NCBI GenBank assembly: GCA_041690795.1
Contig: JBEPVV010000001.1
Span: 1 to 25,178 of the forward strand
Reading direction: 5' to 3'
DNA from: Gemmatimonadota bacterium
GTDB taxonomy: Bacteria > Gemmatimonadota > Gemmatimonadetes > Gemmatimonadales > GWC2-71-9
DNA: 25,178 nt
Positions 23,887-25,178 of the stretch are shown in pieces. Under the pieces are notes generated by a model. The model was not told where the DNA came from. It saw only the letters and a list, made by a program, of their open reading frames with translations, and searched no databases. The position numbers were made by a program, and so were the translations under genes. Numbering within the stretch: position 1 is the stretch's first letter; each line of letters begins with the position of its first letter.

Positions 23887-24617
23887 CAGCCGCGGATTCG
23901 CCAGTAGAGCGCCGCGACGACCATGATCAACGATACCCAGCGTGTCACGCGATCGAACGCGGAGTCGCGGGGCGGGTCGATGGCGTACCGGTGCGACGTG
24001 AGCATCATCCCGCGGGTCTCGAGTGCCAGCGCGCGATCATCGGCCTCGGTGAGCGACGCCAGCAGGAGCGGAAAGATCAGCGCAGGCAAGGCTCCGATGC
24101 GCACGGCGATCGACCCCGAAACCCTCACTCCGCGGGTGCGCTGCGCTTCGCGCAGGCGTCGTGCCTGCTCGCCCAGGGTGCGGGCGGCGTCGAGCGTGGC
24201 AACCAGCAGGTAGGCCGGTGCGAATGGCCATCCGCGGTCGATTGAGGCCTGAAGGAAGCGGTGCGGGTTGAACGATGCGGCAAACGTCAGCGACGCGGTG
24301 GTTATCAACGCCAGCCGGCTGCCCTGTGAGAACGCCCACACCAGTCCGCTCGCCGATAGCGTTCCGCCCCACGGCGCGGAAACTCGGTCGCCGTCGCCGA
24401 ATATCCCCTGAAGAACAAGCAGCAGGAGCCAGATCGGAATCATGATGAACAACGCGGCACGGACACCGGACCCCGCACCCACGGCGATCGCAACCACGCA
24501 CGTGAGCACGAACAGCGACGCGGCCATCCCGGCGGGTACGATGAACGCCATCGCGATCAGCGCGAGGGCGACAGCAGCCGGTGTGAACGGATGTACCCGT
24601 CCAATCGGGCCATTCAT
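23886..24617 (-). CDS. ecfT: ECF transporter transmembrane coupling subunit T (EcfT/CbiQ family)
   Basis: Start placed at ATG 24617 (ATGA overlap). Hydrophobic N-half; coupling motifs EAQRTRG and ALETRG. Confidence 0.88.
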   Translation of the reverse strand: MNGPIGRVHPFTPAAVALALIAMAFIVPAGMAASLFVLTCVVAIAVGAGSGVRAALFIMIPIWLLLLVLQGIFGDGDRVSAPWGGTLSASGLVWAFSQGSRLALITTASLTFAASFNPHRFLQASIDRGWPFAPAYLLVATLDAARTLGEQARRLREAQRTRGVRVSGSIAVRIGALPALIFPLLLASLTEADDRALALETRGMMLTSHRYAIDPPRDSAFDRVTRWVSLIMVVAALYWRIRG

Positions 24618-25178
24618 TGCGCGATCGCTCTGGCGGCGAGTGGGAAACGGCCAAGGATGCGTTTCGGGAGCGAGCGAAGCAGCAGGCCCACCACCACCAC
24701 CACGATGGCCTTGTCGAGCACATCGGAGCTTCCGGAACCGAGCGCGACTGCCACCGGCAGCGGGAGCCCGCTGGCGCGAAGGGCGGCCGTGACCCACGCC
24801 ACGCCGCCGCCGGTAGCCCCGGCGAACAGGAAGTATGAAATCACCGCCGAGACTGCCCCGCAGCAGACGCCGCAGACGACACCCCACCCGATGGTGCGGG
24901 GCAGGGTCGCGAAGCCGGCGCGCCGTCCAGCCGCTGCGGCGAGGAAGGCCAGCAGCCACTGGATCACGACAAAGGGGAGGTAGAGGTATCCTGTGAGGAG
25001 CCCGAGGAGGATCTGGCTGATGGTGCCGACCAGCACGCCCGCCCGGAAACCAGCCAGCACCGCAACCAGCACGGTGCCAGTGGTGTCGAGAAAGACGGGA
25101 AGTGACAGCTCCTTCACGATGCCGCCGACGACCAGGTTGATCGCCACCGCGACAGGCACCAGGGCGAAGAGTCGCGGC
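24614..25178 (-). CDS. ECF transporter substrate-specific S component, 5'-partial
   Basis: The frame stays open to the right edge (..PRLFALVPVAVAINLVVG..). LSLPVFLDTTGTVLVAVLAG, about six hydrophobic segments, SDVLDK; directly upstream of T and the ATPase. Confidence 0.85.
   Translation of the reverse strand, partial: PRLFALVPVAVAINLVVGGIVKELSLPVFLDTTGTVLVAVLAGFRAGVLVGTISQILLGLLTGYLYLPFVVIQWLLAFLAAAAGRRAGFATLPRTIGWGVVCGVCCGAVSAVISYFLFAGATGGGVAWVTAALRASGLPLPVAVALGSGSSDVLDKAIVVVVVGLLLRSLPKRILGRFPLAARAIAQ

Overview
A high-GC bacterial chromosomal window, densely coding, with no rRNA, tRNA, CRISPR array, transposase or phage gene recognisable. Gene content and style suggest Gemmatimonadota; this is inference, not a search result. 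I support 27 CDS in about eight units. (1) A minus-strand, translationally coupled trio: DUF4956 membrane protein -> SdiA-regulated-family lipoprotein -> a large secreted protein that runs off the left edge. The last is missing from the supplied ORF track and carries atypical-kinase-like motifs. (2) A DUF4142 ferritin-like exported protein divergent from a Cys-rich HTH regulator. (3,4) Two convergent sugar operons: GMC oxidoreductase + Tat small subunit + Gfo/Idh/MocA + YbjQ, facing GH20 + DUF1080 + NupG-like MFS + CutC. Together they resemble a 3-keto-glycoside (oxidation/elimination) pathway, and a 7-bp tandem repeat sits at the junction. (5) A plus-strand run: MOSC, AlaX-type tRNA editing protein, DUF4286, diaminopropionate ammonia-lyase, DinB/BstA thiol transferase, PrcB-domain protein, VOC protein. 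(6) A coiled-coil lipoprotein with its own terminator. (7) DUF411. (8) A minus-strand ECF transporter (S, T, fused double ATPase with one apparently dead site), followed by a HEAT-repeat protein and a PlsC-family acyltransferase. The best leads are the DUF4956/SdiA/kinase-like envelope operon with a PhoB/PhoP-like direct repeat, the asymmetric ECF ATPase, CutC inside a glycoside-oxidation locus, and the AlaX + DAP-lyase coupling. All family calls come from motif recognition by eye; no database search was run.
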